A DNA stretch of 38,443 bases, taken from positions 288-38,730 of the forward strand of contig CAZNBW010000002.1 of assembly GCA_964571585.1 (NCBI GenBank), given 5' to 3'. This DNA comes from an uncultured Candidatus Saccharibacteria bacterium. GTDB lineage: Bacteria > Patescibacteriota > Minisyncoccia > Minisyncoccales > GWA2-38-27. Below the pieces are notes generated by a model. It searched no databases, was not told the origin of the DNA, and saw only the letters and a list, made by a program, of their open reading frames with translations. The position numbers and the translations under genes are program-made. Below, one piece after another: positions 38,413 through 38,443 of this stretch (position 1 is its first letter; the number at the start of each line of letters is the position of its first letter).

Positions 38413-38443
38413 CTGGCAACAGACGCTTCTTTACGAAGGGGAG

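Noticed and set aside
1-38443. Alternative genetic code (UGA recoding, as in some CPR lineages)
   Set aside because: TGA terminates well-defined genes and forms ATGA stop/start overlaps (for example 7242-7245, 17418-17421, 31375-31378 and 36771-36774). Conserved proteins such as PNPase, the ABC exporter and Ino1 read through without needing in-frame TGA.

Overview
AT-rich, very gene-dense bacterial window using the standard code: TGA is used as a stop, including in ATGA start/stop overlaps. Gene content suggests a small-genome Patescibacteria/CPR-like organism; this is inference from the Cys-rich VirB2/TrbC-type pilin-like membrane proteins, a CxxC-x17-CxxC protein and many orphan secreted proteins. 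All calls come from reading the sequence and ORF translations by eye. No searches or GC statistics were run, and RNA coordinates come from hand folding.

Layout:
- 1-6.3 kb: surface/secretion cluster. It holds a polytopic membrane protein, rsmA, a LysM-M23 hydrolase and two large pilin-like::adhesin fusion proteins.
- 6.3-22.2 kb: housekeeping backbone. It holds tRNA-Lys, rpsO, an NYN protein, pnp, a 931-aa E/K-rich coiled-coil protein with a peptidoglycan-binding domain, a DksA/TraR zinc finger, tRNA-Arg, cca, tRNA-Pro, DUF192, tRNA-Ala, an acyltransferase, a CxxC protein, SIMPL, a methyltransferase, an ABC exporter, an aberrant Ala-identity tRNA-like gene, a Gmad2 protein, cyclophilin and two NUDIX genes.
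- 22.2-29.3 kb: compositionally distinct accessory segment. It looks richer in G+C, every gene there except the 28364..28945 methyltransferase has a strong AAGGAG ribosome-binding site (RBS), and it is full of hairpin repeats. Two perfect 184-bp direct repeats bracket 5.6 kb inside it. That bracket contains ino1 and a translationally coupled operon of a divergent archaeal-type SAM-synthetase homologue, a stand-alone AlaRS catalytic-core paralogue and an S51 peptidase-like protein, plus a GrpB pseudogene and a methyltransferase cassette.
- 29.4-38.4 kb: coaC / transglutaminase-like / coaB, a histidine kinase, an MNT-HEPN pair, secreted proteins (one shares a novel domain with the second pilin fusion), an orphan receiver, and a T-box leader with terminator upstream of a tiny Cys-rich zinc-finger ORF.

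Best candidates for something undescribed: the MAT-like/AlaRS-like/S51 operon with ino1 in the repeat-bracketed segment; the pilin::adhesin fusions; and the tRNA-like gene with Ala acceptor identity and no normal anticodon loop.
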